IMG/VR virus record: IMGVR_UViG_3300035670_000119
Span: 1 to 64,000 of that record
Reading direction: 5' to 3' (one strand)
Source of the DNA: a virus
DNA length: 64,000 bases
Shown here in pieces: positions 27,903-39,174 of this stretch. How positions within the stretch are numbered: position 1 is the first letter of the stretch; the number at the start of each line of letters is the position of its first letter. The notes beneath the pieces are model-generated. The model saw only the letters and a list, made by a program, of their open reading frames with translations. It did no database searches and had not been told where the DNA came from. The position numbers and the translations under genes were made by a program.

Positions 27903-28226
27903 TTAGTCTTCTTCCCAGCTAACTTGCTGAATTTGATCGCAGATTATTTTATCGTTATCATCGATTGCTTTTTGTGAAAGAGTTTCTACAAGTTCTTCTA
28001 GCTCATTTGATCTGCTTCTGTAAAAAGCACATAAACTTTTTACTTCTTCTGGCACTGGCTTGCCTCCCGATACTTCTCGTTCAACCATCCATTGCATGCC
28101 AGTTCCTTCAATTGCTTCTTTGCATTTTGTTTTTATTTCGTTAATTTTTTCAAGTGCGGCAGATGAAACGGTGCGTTCGTCAATAACTTGTATGCAAACA
28201 CCATTTTTGTAAAGTTCGTAACGCAT
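27903..28226 (-). CDS. hypothetical protein (possible fibre chaperone)
   Basis: Directly follows the collagen-like fibre gene. Confidence 0.55.
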   Translation of the reverse strand: MRYELYKNGVCIQVIDERTVSSAALEKINEIKTKCKEAIEGTGMQWMVEREVSGGKPVPEEVKSLCAFYRSRSNELEELVETLSQKAIDDNDKIICDQIQQVSWEED

Positions 28227-31200
28227 TTAAACCACCCTAAGATAAACAGCGGGCATGGCAAGAGTGTACAAAGTTGGCGTTGTTGAGGCTGTTGCTGGTA
28301 GTGTACTTCCTGTTGTTGTTTCAGTAAACCCATTAGCCGTTAAAGTTGTATTGCTTACTGTGGTGCCATAGGTAAAAATGGCGGCAGCAGACTCGGACGC
28401 CCTGGCCCTATAGCTTGACGTAAGCGTCTTAACAAAAGCAAGGTAATAAAAACCCGCTTCAAGAGTTTCACTAATTACAATTTCTTTTTCTCCACTGGTA
28501 TTTGTCTGTACTGTTCCGTAATCCGAAATTAAATCACCCGGAAGACCTGTTGAAGCTACGGAATAAAGGCCAAGGCGTGCAACACCTAGTGATGTGGAAA
28601 CACTGGTAACCTCGATTCCAATACGGGTCCACGTTGTTTTTTTGGTACAATTAAACAACTGATAATAAATTAAACTATTTGTAAAACTTATGGTACTTGT
28701 CGTTGAGCTTGCTCCCGTCCTGTAGTAGTATCGATCAGTAATTACAGGGGGTCGTGCATTTGATAATCCCGCAATCGAGCCTGCTGTTGTTTTTCTGTTT
28801 TCAGTTTCAGATACATCGTAATAAGGAATAAATTCTGTATTTAAAACAATACCCTCGGTTAAGCTATTGACGTCTATTGCTCCAGTGGCACCTGTGGCAC
28901 CTGTAGCTCCGCCAGGACTACCTGCTGGACCTGTCGCACCCGTTGCACCTGTGATTCCGTTTGTACCTGCTGGGCCGGTAGGACCAGTGGGACCTGAAAT
29001 ACCCGCTGGGCCAGTGGGACCTGTTGCACCAGTTGCTCCGTTTGTGCCTGCTGGGCCGGCAGGACCAGTGGGGCCAGCAAGGCCAGTGGCACCTGTTGCT
29101 CCTGTAATGCCAACTGGACCAGTGGCACCTGTTGCACCCCCTGGATCACCTGCAGGACCTGTGGCTCCTGTGGGGCCTGTAACTCCGTCTGAACCAGCTA
29201 CGCCTGTTGCACCAGTAACACCAATCCCTGTAGCACCTGTAGCTCCCTCGGGACCTGTAGCTCCTGTGGGGCCTGTAACTCCGTCTGAACCAGCTACGCC
29301 TGTTGCACCTGTCGCGCCATTTACACCCGCAGGACCTGTAGCTCCTGTGGCTCCATTAACTCCTGTTGCACCAGTAACACCAATCCCTGTAGCGCCTGTA
29401 GAACCTTGTATTCCTGTTGCACCAGCAACACCTGTTGCCCCTGTAGCCCCAGTGATTCCAACACCTGTTGCTCCGGTAATTCCAACGGGACCAGTGGGAC
29501 CAGTGGGACCCGTAGGTCCGTCTATACCTGCTGGACCAGTGGCACCTGTTGCACCACCTGGATCACCTGCAGGACCCGTAGCTCCTGTTGCACCATCTAC
29601 ACCCGCAGGACCTGTAGCTCCTGTAGCGCCACCGGGACTGCCCGCATCTCCGGTGCGGAAGAACGTTATGGCTAAAACAGCTCCAGAAGTTGGTGTGCTG
29701 TTATTTTCTATAGCTGTGACAGGGATTTTATAGTAGCCTGATAACGTACTCCCCGATAAAATAATGTTACCAGTTATCTGAAAAACATGATAAATAGAGG
29801 TGACGTTTGAAAATAAACTTTGGATTAATAAACGCCCTCTATCTCCTGTTGTTGTTGAATCATCCCAGCTAGCAATCTCATCCGAAGAATTAACAGAATA
29901 GTAGTTAAGTACATCAATATAAATAAATGTTGCGTTGGCAGGAGTTGTGTTATTGAAGCGTATATCCCCAGAACCGGGATCCGAATCTACCGTACTTGTA
30001 TCAAATCGATACGCATTTCCGTTGCGAACACCCGTGGCACCAGCAGGACCTGTGGCACCTGTTGCACCATCAACCCCCGCAGGACCAGTGGGACCTGTTG
30101 CACCATCAACGCCGGCAACTCCTGTTGCACCTGTCGCACCTGTTGCACCTCCGGGATCTCCTTGTGGACCTGTCGCGCCAGTAACACCAGTGGCACCTGT
30201 TGCGCCTGTAGCTCCGTTAACACCAGCAAGGCCTGTTGCACCAGTGTCCCCCTGAGGGCCAGTGGGACCAGTCGCTCCGTTCGTACCTGCTGGGCCGGTA
30301 GCGCCAGTGGCGCCATCAACGCCGGCAACTCCTGTTGCACCTGTTGCACCCGTAGCACCTCCCGGATCACCCGCAGGACCCGTGGCACCTGTAACTCCGG
30401 TGGATCCTCGAGGGCCTGTCGCACCAGTCGCCCCACTCACACCAGTAGCACCTACCACACCCGTAGCACCTACCGCACCTTGGAGGCCGGTGGCACCGGT
30501 ATCTCCAGTGGCGCCAGTGGGACCTGTTGGGCCTTCAATACCAGTGGCACCTGTTGCGCCTGTGCTTCCAACTCCGGTTGCCCCTTGATCTCCTGTCGCA
30601 CCTGTTGGCCCTTGATCTCCTGTACGTGAAAACTCAATGACTAAAGTAGCGTTATTCGCGGGAAGTGCTCCAAGTACATACTGAACTGGTATTTCATAAT
30701 ACCCAGAGCTTGGATTAATTGTTCCCGTGATCTTAAATATGTTTAGTGTTGTACCAGCACTAGTTGCTTCGTTGATTGTCAGGTAGCCTTTGTCAGAAGA
30801 AGAGGAATCGTCCCAAGAAGAAATCCAGGCTCCTTGATTAGTATTGTTAACGTCTGCTTGATCGATATAAATTTGGCTAACACTTGCAATAGTACCGCTG
30901 TTGTAACGGAATAAACCAACGCCAGGATCTGAATTAACAGTGGAAGTACTAAAGTTGTAACGTACTCCACCACGTAATCCCGTGGCCCCTTCTACGCCTG
31001 TAGCTCCTTGAATTCCGGTAGGACCAGTTGTTCCCTGTGGACCTGTTGCGCCTGTGGTACCAGTGGGACCAGTAACTCCGGTGGGACCTTCAATACCAGT
31101 GGCGCCTGTTGCGCCTGTGATTCCAACTCCGGTTGCCCCGGTGGGTCCTTCAATACCCGTAGGGCCCGTAGCTCCAGTAGTTCCTTGGGGACCGGTAGCG

Positions 31201-31838
31201 CCAGTAACTCCGGTGGTTCCTTGGGGACCAGTGGGACCTGCAATGCCTGTAGCACCTGTAGGACCTGCTACTCCCGTAGGACCGGTTGTTCCCTGTGGGC
31301 CGGTAGCACCTTGAATACCAGTAGATCCAGTAGGACCGGTCGGTCCTTGAGCACCAGTGGGACCAGTTGTTCCCTGGGCACCTGTAGGACCAGTAGCGCC
31401 AGTAGCCCCGGTAACACCTGTTGCTCCCCCAGGATCACCTGCTGGTCCCGTAGGACCAATCATCGCGTAAACTTTTTCAAGGCCACTGACGTCATAGACG
31501 TGCCAATTGCCTTCCTGATCTAAAACTAATTCTTCTCCAGCTGCGAGCGTACCTTCCCAGACGGTACTAACGGTCGTGCCATCAGTATGCTGAACGTCTA
31601 ATGTGTTGGAGACAGATGCAGATTCGTTTTTAAAATAAAGTGTTCTTACGTTGCGCTGAATATTCTCGTCGGGAGACTCAACAATTGTCGTTGTTGTAGC
31701 AGAAGAAATAACAGTATTTTTGCGTTCAGGATTGATAACGCCACTATCGTTATCAACGTAGGAAGCGTGTACCTCTAGCGACGCCGCACTAGAAGTAACG
31801 ACCTGAACCAAGTCTGTAGTCGACCCAAGAATTAACAC
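28227..31838 (-). CDS. collagen-like fibre protein
   Basis: Three long G-X-T tracts (GAT/GPT) separated by two related globular domains. Confidence 0.88.
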   Translation of the reverse strand: MLILGSTTDLVQVVTSSAASLEVHASYVDNDSGVINPERKNTVISSATTTTIVESPDENIQRNVRTLYFKNESASVSNTLDVQHTDGTTVSTVWEGTLAAGEELVLDQEGNWHVYDVSGLEKVYAMIGPTGPAGDPGGATGVTGATGATGPTGAQGTTGPTGAQGPTGPTGSTGIQGATGPQGTTGPTGVAGPTGATGIAGPTGPQGTTGVTGATGPQGTTGATGPTGIEGPTGATGVGITGATGATGIEGPTGVTGPTGTTGATGPQGTTGPTGIQGATGVEGATGLRGGVRYNFSTSTVNSDPGVGLFRYNSGTIASVSQIYIDQADVNNTNQGAWISSWDDSSSSDKGYLTINEATSAGTTLNIFKITGTINPSSGYYEIPVQYVLGALPANNATLVIEFSRTGDQGPTGATGDQGATGVGSTGATGATGIEGPTGPTGATGDTGATGLQGAVGATGVVGATGVSGATGATGPRGSTGVTGATGPAGDPGGATGATGATGVAGVDGATGATGPAGTNGATGPTGPQGDTGATGLAGVNGATGATGATGVTGATGPQGDPGGATGATGATGVAGVDGATGPTGPAGVDGATGATGPAGATGVRNGNAYRFDTSTVDSDPGSGDIRFNNTTPANATFIYIDVLNYYSVNSSDEIASWDDSTTTGDRGRLLIQSLFSNVTSIYHVFQITGNIILSGSTLSGYYKIPVTAIENNSTPTSGAVLAITFFRTGDAGSPGGATGATGPAGVDGATGATGPAGDPGGATGATGPAGIDGPTGPTGPTGPVGITGATGVGITGATGATGVAGATGIQGSTGATGIGVTGATGVNGATGATGPAGVNGATGATGVAGSDGVTGPTGATGPEGATGATGIGVTGATGVAGSDGVTGPTGATGPAGDPGGATGATGPVGITGATGATGLAGPTGPAGPAGTNGATGATGPTGPAGISGPTGPTGPAGTNGITGATGATGPAGSPGGATGATGATGAIDVNSLTEGIVLNTEFIPYYDVSETENRKTTAGSIAGLSNARPPVITDRYYYRTGASSTTSTISFTNSLIYYQLFNCTKKTTWTRIGIEVTSVSTSLGVARLGLYSVASTGLPGDLISDYGTVQTNTSGEKEIVISETLEAGFYYLAFVKTLTSSYRARASESAAAIFTYGTTVSNTTLTANGFTETTTGSTLPATASTTPTLYTLAMPAVYLRVV

Positions 31839-31875
31839 TGTCTTTCACCCAATGCTTCTATTTTAAAACAAATTA

Positions 31876-33546
31876 TTAAGTTCCTGGTTTTTCACCAAGT
31901 GATGGGCTATAGGCCGCACCATTCTTGTCGTACATGGTGAACCCACTGATTTTAATATACGTCAAAGGAATATTGAAAAGACGTTGCAACATTGGTTGCA
32001 TATGCTGAGCTTGACAGTTGTAAGGCGGAACATCCATATAGGAAAACGCTTCGGTGGATAGTTTGTGCAATCGTTTGTCTTGTTCTTTTTGCGTTTGCTC
32101 AACCAAGTTCTGTTCCCAGGCCGCCATGCTGCCCGCGCCAACCGGAAAGTCGGAAGGCTCCGGCGGGAACACATCGTCCTGAAAACGCATTGCGTAAATG
32201 TGTTTGCAGTAACGTAACTCGTCTAGCACTGGCGTCCAGAAATCACTCAAGGATGTTATCTCAATTTGAGGTATGGCGTTTGCATCAGTTTGTATGGTTC
32301 GGGAAGCGTAATCGTTATAAGAAGGCATACCTTCTGCTGTAGAACCACTTAGTCCTGGATTGGAAGTAGATCGAGTGTACTGTGCGCCAAATTCACTGTA
32401 AACACCTGGGTTGTCCCTGGTAGCCAGGAGATTGACAATGTTTTCAGTTGTTACGGTATCGGGGAGAATAAACTCTTCCCCTGGGGCAATAATCTGAAGA
32501 ATACGGTCAACATCAGCATCTGTCATCAGAGCATTGTCGACTACCCCCGCATTCTTCAGGATCTCATAACGACCAGGCTTTACGCTAGCGATAGAAGAAC
32601 GTGGGAATGCGCGTTTATTGCTGGCGCCTAGATTCATCATGTAGCTGTATTGCCGATGTGTAAAATCTTGGCAAGTACAGCAGTATCTCGGACCTGTAAT
32701 GAAATAGCGCCCAATAGCGGGTGGCCTGGTGGCAGGAGTTACCAGGGTTCTATCAGGTGTTGCCTCAACAGACCCCGCTTTTTTAAACGTAAGAACACCT
32801 GTTTCTTCATCTGTATCTACCAGGACAGCCTGGACGTATCCATATCTCTTCTGTGTAGAAGGATCGATTGTATCTCGGTCAATGATTGTACCGTCTTTGG
32901 ATAAGATGCGATCCTCTAAAACCTCACCATTAAGCGCCTTTAAGCCTTCAAGTCCTGATCCGAGGTCTACATACAACGGCGGCGGCAACTTGTTACCTTT
33001 CGACCAAACCCCGTTTAATTTGACGTACCAATAATCGGCATCCTCCGTAACCGAACCGATATATGCATCAATGTTTCTTGTTTGTTTTGCTTCTTCATCA
33101 AACCACTGACCCGGATCTTCATAGTCGTAGAGACCATGGTCGAATGAATATTTGTTTAAGAGAGCAATGTACGATTTTAATTTGTCAAAGCGAACGCTTC
33201 CCGGCGTTTTCTTCCCAGCCCAGTGGACGCGGAACTCTTTACTGCGCGTTGGAAATCCCTGGAAATAACCAAGGATATCTGGGTACTCCGTTCCTTTAGG
33301 TAAAAATCCCTCAGAGAATGGAACGGTGTACTTAAAGCGGTAAGAAAGATTGTTGGTATACAGAGATGAAGTTGCTATTTCGTAACCTTTTCTCCACCTG
33401 GCCCAGGCTGATTCCCTGTTGGCTGCGTACAAAGAATCTGGTACAGAGCCAGGGGAAAACTCTGTCGTTATCGGTTTAACGCCATTGACCGAAAAGGCTC
33501 TCGTATCGCTGAAATTGCCAAAAGAGCCTCCACTCTTTCTAGCCAT
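31876..33546 (-). CDS. hypothetical protein with SWIM-type Zn finger
   Basis: YCCTCQDF...YCKHIYA. Confidence 0.65.
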   Translation of the reverse strand: MARKSGGSFGNFSDTRAFSVNGVKPITTEFSPGSVPDSLYAANRESAWARWRKGYEIATSSLYTNNLSYRFKYTVPFSEGFLPKGTEYPDILGYFQGFPTRSKEFRVHWAGKKTPGSVRFDKLKSYIALLNKYSFDHGLYDYEDPGQWFDEEAKQTRNIDAYIGSVTEDADYWYVKLNGVWSKGNKLPPPLYVDLGSGLEGLKALNGEVLEDRILSKDGTIIDRDTIDPSTQKRYGYVQAVLVDTDEETGVLTFKKAGSVEATPDRTLVTPATRPPAIGRYFITGPRYCCTCQDFTHRQYSYMMNLGASNKRAFPRSSIASVKPGRYEILKNAGVVDNALMTDADVDRILQIIAPGEEFILPDTVTTENIVNLLATRDNPGVYSEFGAQYTRSTSNPGLSGSTAEGMPSYNDYASRTIQTDANAIPQIEITSLSDFWTPVLDELRYCKHIYAMRFQDDVFPPEPSDFPVGAGSMAAWEQNLVEQTQKEQDKRLHKLSTEAFSYMDVPPYNCQAQHMQPMLQRLFNIPLTYIKISGFTMYDKNGAAYSPSLGEKPGT

Positions 33547-33548
33547 CT

Positions 33549-34331
33549 CTAGAAGAATCCGCCTTGAGCAATGACGTGAGCACCAGGGTTGTAGCCGGAA
33601 ATGTTCGGGCCGTCTGGGAAAACACCCACATAAATGCGGTCGCCACGTTCCAGGTAGATGCCCTTATTGCGTAGAGGTGCAGTCGACCCAAGACCAGTGG
33701 TAACACCTGCTTGCGGCATGGGGGTTGCTAATTGCGGCAGGAGATCCGAGCAGTCAACTGAACCGCTATTGGCAGGAATTGTTTTGGCGAACAATACCCG
33801 GTAATCACCTGATGCAGGAATAGGAGTCGTTGTGTTACGCGTGTGGTAGAAAACAAAAGTAACGGCGGGCTGATTCCCGTAATCCACACCGTTAAACGTA
33901 AAACCGCTAGAGGTGCCGCCTGAGTAGTGGAAAGCGGTATTTACGCCGGTAAGCGTCGTTGCTCCAGTATAGGTGTAATAGCCGATACCGCTGGCAGGAG
34001 TGGTGGCGGTAATAACGCCAGTGGAGGTGACGTTAACGATTTGTCCGCTTACCAGGGAGATGACAGTTCCCGAGGTCGTCGTATTGACAATGTAGTCTGC
34101 TTCCCTATAGAAGTCATTGCGTGTGATCGTAATTGAATCAACAACGCCACCATTATTATTGTCTTCTTCAAGGGCAGCGTCCATGTCTACGAGAATAGAC
34201 GGAGCCTGACCACCCTGCACAAATAACGTATTCGTGGTAGCGTTACCAACGGTCTGAGTCGTTACTCGTACCGTATCGAATAGCGGACGGTCAACCAGAA
34301 GTGGCTGTTTATTAGTGCTAGTGGACGCCAA
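33549..34331 (-). CDS. putative virion structural protein
   Basis: Thr/Gly-rich beta protein, 260 aa. Confidence 0.65.
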   Translation of the reverse strand: MASTSTNKQPLLVDRPLFDTVRVTTQTVGNATTNTLFVQGGQAPSILVDMDAALEEDNNNGGVVDSITITRNDFYREADYIVNTTTSGTVISLVSGQIVNVTSTGVITATTPASGIGYYTYTGATTLTGVNTAFHYSGGTSSGFTFNGVDYGNQPAVTFVFYHTRNTTTPIPASGDYRVLFAKTIPANSGSVDCSDLLPQLATPMPQAGVTTGLGSTAPLRNKGIYLERGDRIYVGVFPDGPNISGYNPGAHVIAQGGFF

Positions 34332-34367
34332 TGTTCTACTTCCTGTTTCTTTACATTATAGTCTTTA

Positions 34368-35090
34368 TCAGCCAATAGATCCAAACGCCTTTAAGAAGTT
34401 AGAGAAAGAAGATGTAGGTGTTTCACGCCTTTGCGATAAAAGCGGAGAATTAATTTGATTCATTAATAGTGCCATCAGCTCAGGATTATCCTGGCCAGCA
34501 ATCGCAATATTCTCACCGGAAGAGGCGGGGGAAGTTGTCGCAATAGGTTCTTGCGCATCCAATACTTCGCTTCGGGGGCCAAGTTTTTGCCACCAGGGCT
34601 TTTGTGCTTTCTTTCCGGTTTCGCTGAATAATGTATTCTCAGTGAAGTCAGGGGTTAATCCTTTTTTACGTATTTCTGCTGGTGTTAAATACTGGAGACC
34701 ACCACCCAATCTGACGGGAATTAAATTATCGGGATACTTCATGAGAAGCCCCTGTTTGTTCAGGTACGAGGTTGATCGAAAATCACCAACCCCACCAAGT
34801 TGATTTGCAGTGTTTGCTAAAAGCCTTAAGCCTTCAGGGCTGTTGTAAAACTGTTTTGCAAGACCGCCTGTCTCTTTGGTAGGTTTCTTTAAAACTGCAT
34901 ATTGACTTGGATTCATCCAAGATTGCCAGTTGCTTCCATAGCCAGGCATGTGGAAGCGATTAAGGATACTAGCAAAAGTACCCGGCTTTGCCCCGTATTT
35001 TGGGTCCCTGGCTTCCAGGGTGGCAACACGATATGCGGTATTTAAAAAATCTTGCGGGAATATAGAAGCAAGACCTGCGGGAGTAGGCAT
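34368..35090 (-). CDS. putative virion protein, possible SleB-like cell-wall hydrolase
   Basis: VATLEA...ASILNR...PSQY resembles SleB/Hydrolase_2 motifs (weak). Confidence 0.5.
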   Translation of the reverse strand: MPTPAGLASIFPQDFLNTAYRVATLEARDPKYGAKPGTFASILNRFHMPGYGSNWQSWMNPSQYAVLKKPTKETGGLAKQFYNSPEGLRLLANTANQLGGVGDFRSTSYLNKQGLLMKYPDNLIPVRLGGGLQYLTPAEIRKKGLTPDFTENTLFSETGKKAQKPWWQKLGPRSEVLDAQEPIATTSPASSGENIAIAGQDNPELMALLMNQINSPLLSQRRETPTSSFSNFLKAFGSIG

Positions 35091-35095
35091 TGGTT

Positions 35096-36604
35096 TTACA
35101 TCTGTGGGTTTCTCGCCTGGAGTTTCATCAACTCCCGGTAAGCAAGGCCAGGATTCTGACGCGTCCAATCCATCAGAGCCTGGTCGCTCATCCCGGCAAA
35201 AGCGCCCAGTTCCTTCAAGCGACGCTGAAGCTCTCCACCCTGCTCCATGCTCCTACCCAGTTGCTGCTGGCCCGCATAGAAGGAAGGTAAGGAAACACCT
35301 GCAGGAGCAGCATACTGCTGAGCAGCATTAAGTACTTCTTGAGAGAGCGCGCGTTCTTGAACATTTTGACGTTGTGCGGGAGCACCGGCCCCGTTAGACA
35401 CAACTCCGGGAGGCACACGAGGCGCAAGGGGAGGAGGTGTCAGTTGTCCGGCTTGCAGCCCTGGATCCAGAAGAGCTGGAGGGGCTGGTGCTTCAGGAGG
35501 CTGTAAACTTCCGGAAGCAATACCCACGTTAGCACCGTACAATTTTCTAAAGCTTTCTGGAGACTGGAAACCATAGTTCCGGCCAGCCCATACACGGCCC
35601 TGTGCATCGCGAATTGATGCGTCACCACCAAATGGTCGTGTGTTTTGTGCTAGAGACTGACGCAAGTAAGTGGCTTCTTTTTCGTCCTCAACACCGGCTG
35701 CAGAAGGGAAAAGGGCATCTACTGCTCCATAAGCTGCTAAACCTCCGCCAACAGTTGTTAATAAACCTGGCGTTGTTCCAGCAATGCCCAGGCTCTGTGC
35801 TAACCGTGCGCCGGCACTGATGCCTGGCATGGGATTTGCGGCATCAAGAAGATTGGCGGGATTCAGTGGATTAAAAACCTGACCAACTTTACCAAGTAGG
35901 GTTGTCGGCGTCCTTGTTGCTAAGGGGTTAATGGCTGTTGGTATCCGTCCTTGAAGATTGCGAAAAATTCCTTTTGCTGTATCGACACCGCCCTGCAACA
36001 TGTTTTGGGGTTCACGCGCAAACATAGAAGTTTTTGCGGTGATTTGTCCCAGAGGGCTAGATGGTCCTAGCATCCCTTCAGACGGCATCTGGAAAGGAAG
36101 GGGAGGCTGGACCTTCTTTAATTGCTCAACAGGGATGCCAAGTTTTTTTGCCAACTGCTCGGCAGATCCTGTCAATCCGGAAGCACGCCGTAAAGCGTAA
36201 TCAATGTTATAAGGGTTGTTTCCAGGGAGAGGCGTACTTGCTGGTGTCGTTAAGACGGGAGCTTGCGGACGTTGTCCAGGTAAGCCTGGAGCCCTAACTA
36301 CACCACCTGCATTGACTGCTCCCGCTGGACGAGCAGGGGGCTGAGCTGCAGCGCGAACAAGCGTAGTTTTTGCTTGGCTTCTTGCGGCTTCTTTTGCAGT
36401 CCCTGGAGCCATCTGTGAAATACCACTCAGTCGATCCAGGAACCCTGTCGTGAGTCCGCCCCAATTTACATTCTGCGGGATAGCACGAGAGAGTACGTCA
36501 CCTGCTGCTCTTTGCAGGAATTGATAGTTACGTGGGTCTGCGGCTTGAGCTGCACCACGTCCAATGAAGTTATAAAGAAAACCTGCGGGGGACTTAGGAG
36601 CCAT
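35096..36604 (-). CDS. Gly/Ala/Pro-rich putative internal virion protein
   Basis: About 500 aa, low complexity. Confidence 0.65.
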   Translation of the reverse strand: MAPKSPAGFLYNFIGRGAAQAADPRNYQFLQRAAGDVLSRAIPQNVNWGGLTTGFLDRLSGISQMAPGTAKEAARSQAKTTLVRAAAQPPARPAGAVNAGGVVRAPGLPGQRPQAPVLTTPASTPLPGNNPYNIDYALRRASGLTGSAEQLAKKLGIPVEQLKKVQPPLPFQMPSEGMLGPSSPLGQITAKTSMFAREPQNMLQGGVDTAKGIFRNLQGRIPTAINPLATRTPTTLLGKVGQVFNPLNPANLLDAANPMPGISAGARLAQSLGIAGTTPGLLTTVGGGLAAYGAVDALFPSAAGVEDEKEATYLRQSLAQNTRPFGGDASIRDAQGRVWAGRNYGFQSPESFRKLYGANVGIASGSLQPPEAPAPPALLDPGLQAGQLTPPPLAPRVPPGVVSNGAGAPAQRQNVQERALSQEVLNAAQQYAAPAGVSLPSFYAGQQQLGRSMEQGGELQRRLKELGAFAGMSDQALMDWTRQNPGLAYRELMKLQARNPQM

Positions 36605-37065
36605 TAGCGCCAAACCTCATGAAGATAAATACGAGAACCAACTGCAGTATCAGCTGGCCCAGGTAAAGCCTGAATAAATTCTGCACCTGAGCGTTCATAC
36701 CGATACCGAGCCTGGAAAGGATCTTTGTAGTTAGGAACGTAAAGAATTCCAGCTAAACGATTTGTCTCGTAAAGATAGATTTCGTCCCAAACTTTTAAAG
36801 CTTCTTTTGCATTACTAGAGCGAATCGTGCGATCCACATCACCAGCAATGCTTTCAAGTCTAGTAGAAGGCGATGTTGCGACTTCTGTTTTCTTTTCGGC
36901 CGTATCACAGCGGCCCATTTGAATAACAAGTTTGTCGTAGAAGTATGAATCGGGAACCGTATTCATTGCTTCTTCTAGACGAGCATAGTCACCCGCCGGC
37001 ACGGAAACCGTGAAGTAGCCCAAATGATATCGGACTCTGCTTTTATCAAAATCGCTGAGCTGCAC
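36604..37065 (-). CDS. putative head completion/adaptor protein
   Basis: Position after capsid; VRYHLGY N-terminus; function inferred. Confidence 0.5.
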   Translation of the reverse strand: MQLSDFDKSRVRYHLGYFTVSVPAGDYARLEEAMNTVPDSYFYDKLVIQMGRCDTAEKKTEVATSPSTRLESIAGDVDRTIRSSNAKEALKVWDEIYLYETNRLAGILYVPNYKDPFQARYRYERSGAEFIQALPGPADTAVGSRIYLHEVWR

Positions 37066-37104
37066 AGCTTACTTCCGTATGTTTTTAATTATAAATGACC
37101 TTTA

Positions 37105-37815
37105 CTAACTCAGTTGGCCAGACAAGGGGTTGTCTAGTACTCCAGTGGGAACACTTCCCATTAGCTCTTGGAGTTCCGCGAAAGGATCTTGTTTCTTGCC
37201 TCTAACTTGTTGCAGTATTTGTTGTGCCATTTGATTTGAAATATAGTCTTTAAGAAATTTTTGCTGCCTTGCTTCTTCTACCCGAGGATCCGGAGGAAGA
37301 ACTGGTGCGGGTGGAGGGGTGCCACCGGCTTCTGCTCTTGCTGTTGACGCTTGTTGTGGTAGTTCATTTAAGTGCATGAACTCCAAAGTAAATGGACGAT
37401 TATCCAGTGTCCTGCTGGTGAATCGGGACATATTGCCCGCAGCGCCCACATTGGCCAACGGTGTTACTGATCCCTCGCCCAAAACACGCAACATCGTGTT
37501 TGCAGGCAAATCATAATCCTCGCCACGATGAGGAACATTCCTTGCACCGGTAACAGGATGTACAGCGCGTACTCCGAAGGGATCTATTAATTTAACGCCC
37601 GGATGCAAACCATATTGACTTTGACCAAGATTTTGGAATAAAGATTCCCAGGTTTCGCTTCCTGGCCTTTTGAATTGAATTCGTGTACCTGCAATTGATC
37701 TCCCCGCCTGGCTCAATGGCATGTGTTTGCCATCGACAATAAACCCCAGGTGAAGATGAGGGCCTGTAACACCGCCGGTGCTACCTGATTTACCAACGTA
37801 ACTTGCAGCTGACAT
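37105..37815 (-). CDS. M23/LytM peptidase, circularly permuted
   Basis: GKSGSTG...TGPHLHL near the N-terminus; HRGED downstream; later FMHL. Confidence 0.75.
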   Translation of the reverse strand: MSAASYVGKSGSTGGVTGPHLHLGFIVDGKHMPLSQAGRSIAGTRIQFKRPGSETWESLFQNLGQSQYGLHPGVKLIDPFGVRAVHPVTGARNVPHRGEDYDLPANTMLRVLGEGSVTPLANVGAAGNMSRFTSRTLDNRPFTLEFMHLNELPQQASTARAEAGGTPPPAPVLPPDPRVEEARQQKFLKDYISNQMAQQILQQVRGKKQDPFAELQELMGSVPTGVLDNPLSGQLS

Positions 37816-37841
37816 ATTGGTTTTCTTTTTATTTTAAGACT

Positions 37842-37866
37842 AAAAAACCCCCGGTTTCCCGAGGGT
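37842..37866 (-). terminator. intrinsic terminator after capsid operon
   Basis: Minus strand ACCCTCGG-gaaa-CCGGGGGT followed by a T run. Confidence 0.8.
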
Positions 37867-37882
37867 ATAAAGGATGAGTAAA

Positions 37883-38311
37883 TCAGACGCGAATTAAATT
37901 AGCTGCAAAAACCGAATCCCAATCAACCCGTTTGATTTGTTTTAGCTGTTCAAGATTGTTGAATCTTTCACCCGATAAGGACATTTGAAGATCTTTAATC
38001 TCACGAGCCGTTTTCAAACCAATGCCTTTAATATGATCCGCAATCATCTGAGCAGTGGCTGAGTTCACATTTAGGCGAGTATCCGGTGGAAAAGTACGAG
38101 GCTCTTCCTGTGCTGCTTTATCTTTTACCTGAAGAGTTTTAACCTTTTTGGTTGCTTCTTCGTCGGGCTGGATCTCAGTTTTGTAAACGGTAAAAAGGCG
38201 ACCGTCCTGATCTTCGACCATGAACCAATCGCCTTGATCCCATTCGCTTACAACTTTGACGCGAGCGCCCGTTTTTTTGTGCTGGTAAAGCATTGCCGGA
38301 ATAGTTGTCAT
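37883..38311 (-). CDS. helix-hairpin-helix (ComEA-like) DNA-binding protein
   Basis: LNVNSATAQMI...KGIGLKTAREI...FNNLEQL. Confidence 0.75.
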   Translation of the reverse strand: MTTIPAMLYQHKKTGARVKVVSEWDQGDWFMVEDQDGRLFTVYKTEIQPDEEATKKVKTLQVKDKAAQEEPRTFPPDTRLNVNSATAQMIADHIKGIGLKTAREIKDLQMSLSGERFNNLEQLKQIKRVDWDSVFAANLIRV

Positions 38312-38346
38312 AAGACCAGTGGTAACCTGGTCTTAGTTTAACTTAC

Positions 38347-39138
38347 TCAGCTAACAGTGCGGCCCAGGAGATAGCCTTCGATGTCTTCGTAGCCAGCGGC
38401 TTCATCGGGCTGGAGATAACACACTTCAACCACGAAGTAACCAGTGCGATTGGCATTGGCATCACCACTGGAGATGTACCAACCACCAGAAGTGCTGGTC
38501 GAAGTACGCGAACCGCGAGCTTGCACGGTATAGGTGGTGGAAGAGGTGATCTGCTTGTAGATGTTGTTCACAGCTACACCGGCGGCACCAGTGGCGGTCA
38601 GGAAGGGCTGAGCGCTATAGGCAGCGGTACCAGCGGCGAAGAAGATTTCACCGGACTGGTCACCAGAGGTGGTGGAGGTGAGGTCAGCCTGGGACACGGC
38701 AGCGCCTGCATCACCAGAAGACACCAGACCAGGACCAAAGGTAATCACGTTACCAGTGGCGGCATACACACCAGAAGCAACGCGGCCATCGCCCCAGCCA
38801 GAAGCAACGGAGATGGTGGCGCGATACACGTAGGCAGGGATAGCGCTGCTACCAGAGATCACCATGCCGGTGATGTCGGTGCGGGTGTCGTCATTCCGAT
38901 AGGGGGAAGGAACGATCACGCTACCGGAGGCAACGGCACCAGCACCAGAGGTAGTGGTCACGGCCACATAACCACGTTGCTGGAAGTAACGGTAACCAGG
39001 AACGGCCAGCACTGAAGTGGGGCCACCCTTGGAACCATCATTGGTACCGCTGTCGTCGGTATCAATGTTCTTGTACCAACCGTTCAGAGGCTCCGCCCAG
39101 TTACCTGGGTAGATTTTTTTGGCGGACAAATAGGTCAT
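38347..39138 (-). CDS. putative capsid decoration/minor capsid protein
   Basis: Directly after MCP; same strong codon bias. Confidence 0.6.
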   Translation of the reverse strand: MTYLSAKKIYPGNWAEPLNGWYKNIDTDDSGTNDGSKGGPTSVLAVPGYRYFQQRGYVAVTTTSGAGAVASGSVIVPSPYRNDDTRTDITGMVISGSSAIPAYVYRATISVASGWGDGRVASGVYAATGNVITFGPGLVSSGDAGAAVSQADLTSTTSGDQSGEIFFAAGTAAYSAQPFLTATGAAGVAVNNIYKQITSSTTYTVQARGSRTSTSTSGGWYISSGDANANRTGYFVVEVCYLQPDEAAGYEDIEGYLLGRTVS

Positions 39139-39174
39139 TTATCTTTTCCTATGTTGTAGGTTTATGTTTAATTA

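Noticed and set aside
28867-31523. PVAPVG-repeat ORFs on the plus strand
   Set aside because: Antisense reading of the collagen triplets
37883-38311. psbU photosynthesis gene
   Set aside because: Only the generic HhH motif is shared; no signal peptide
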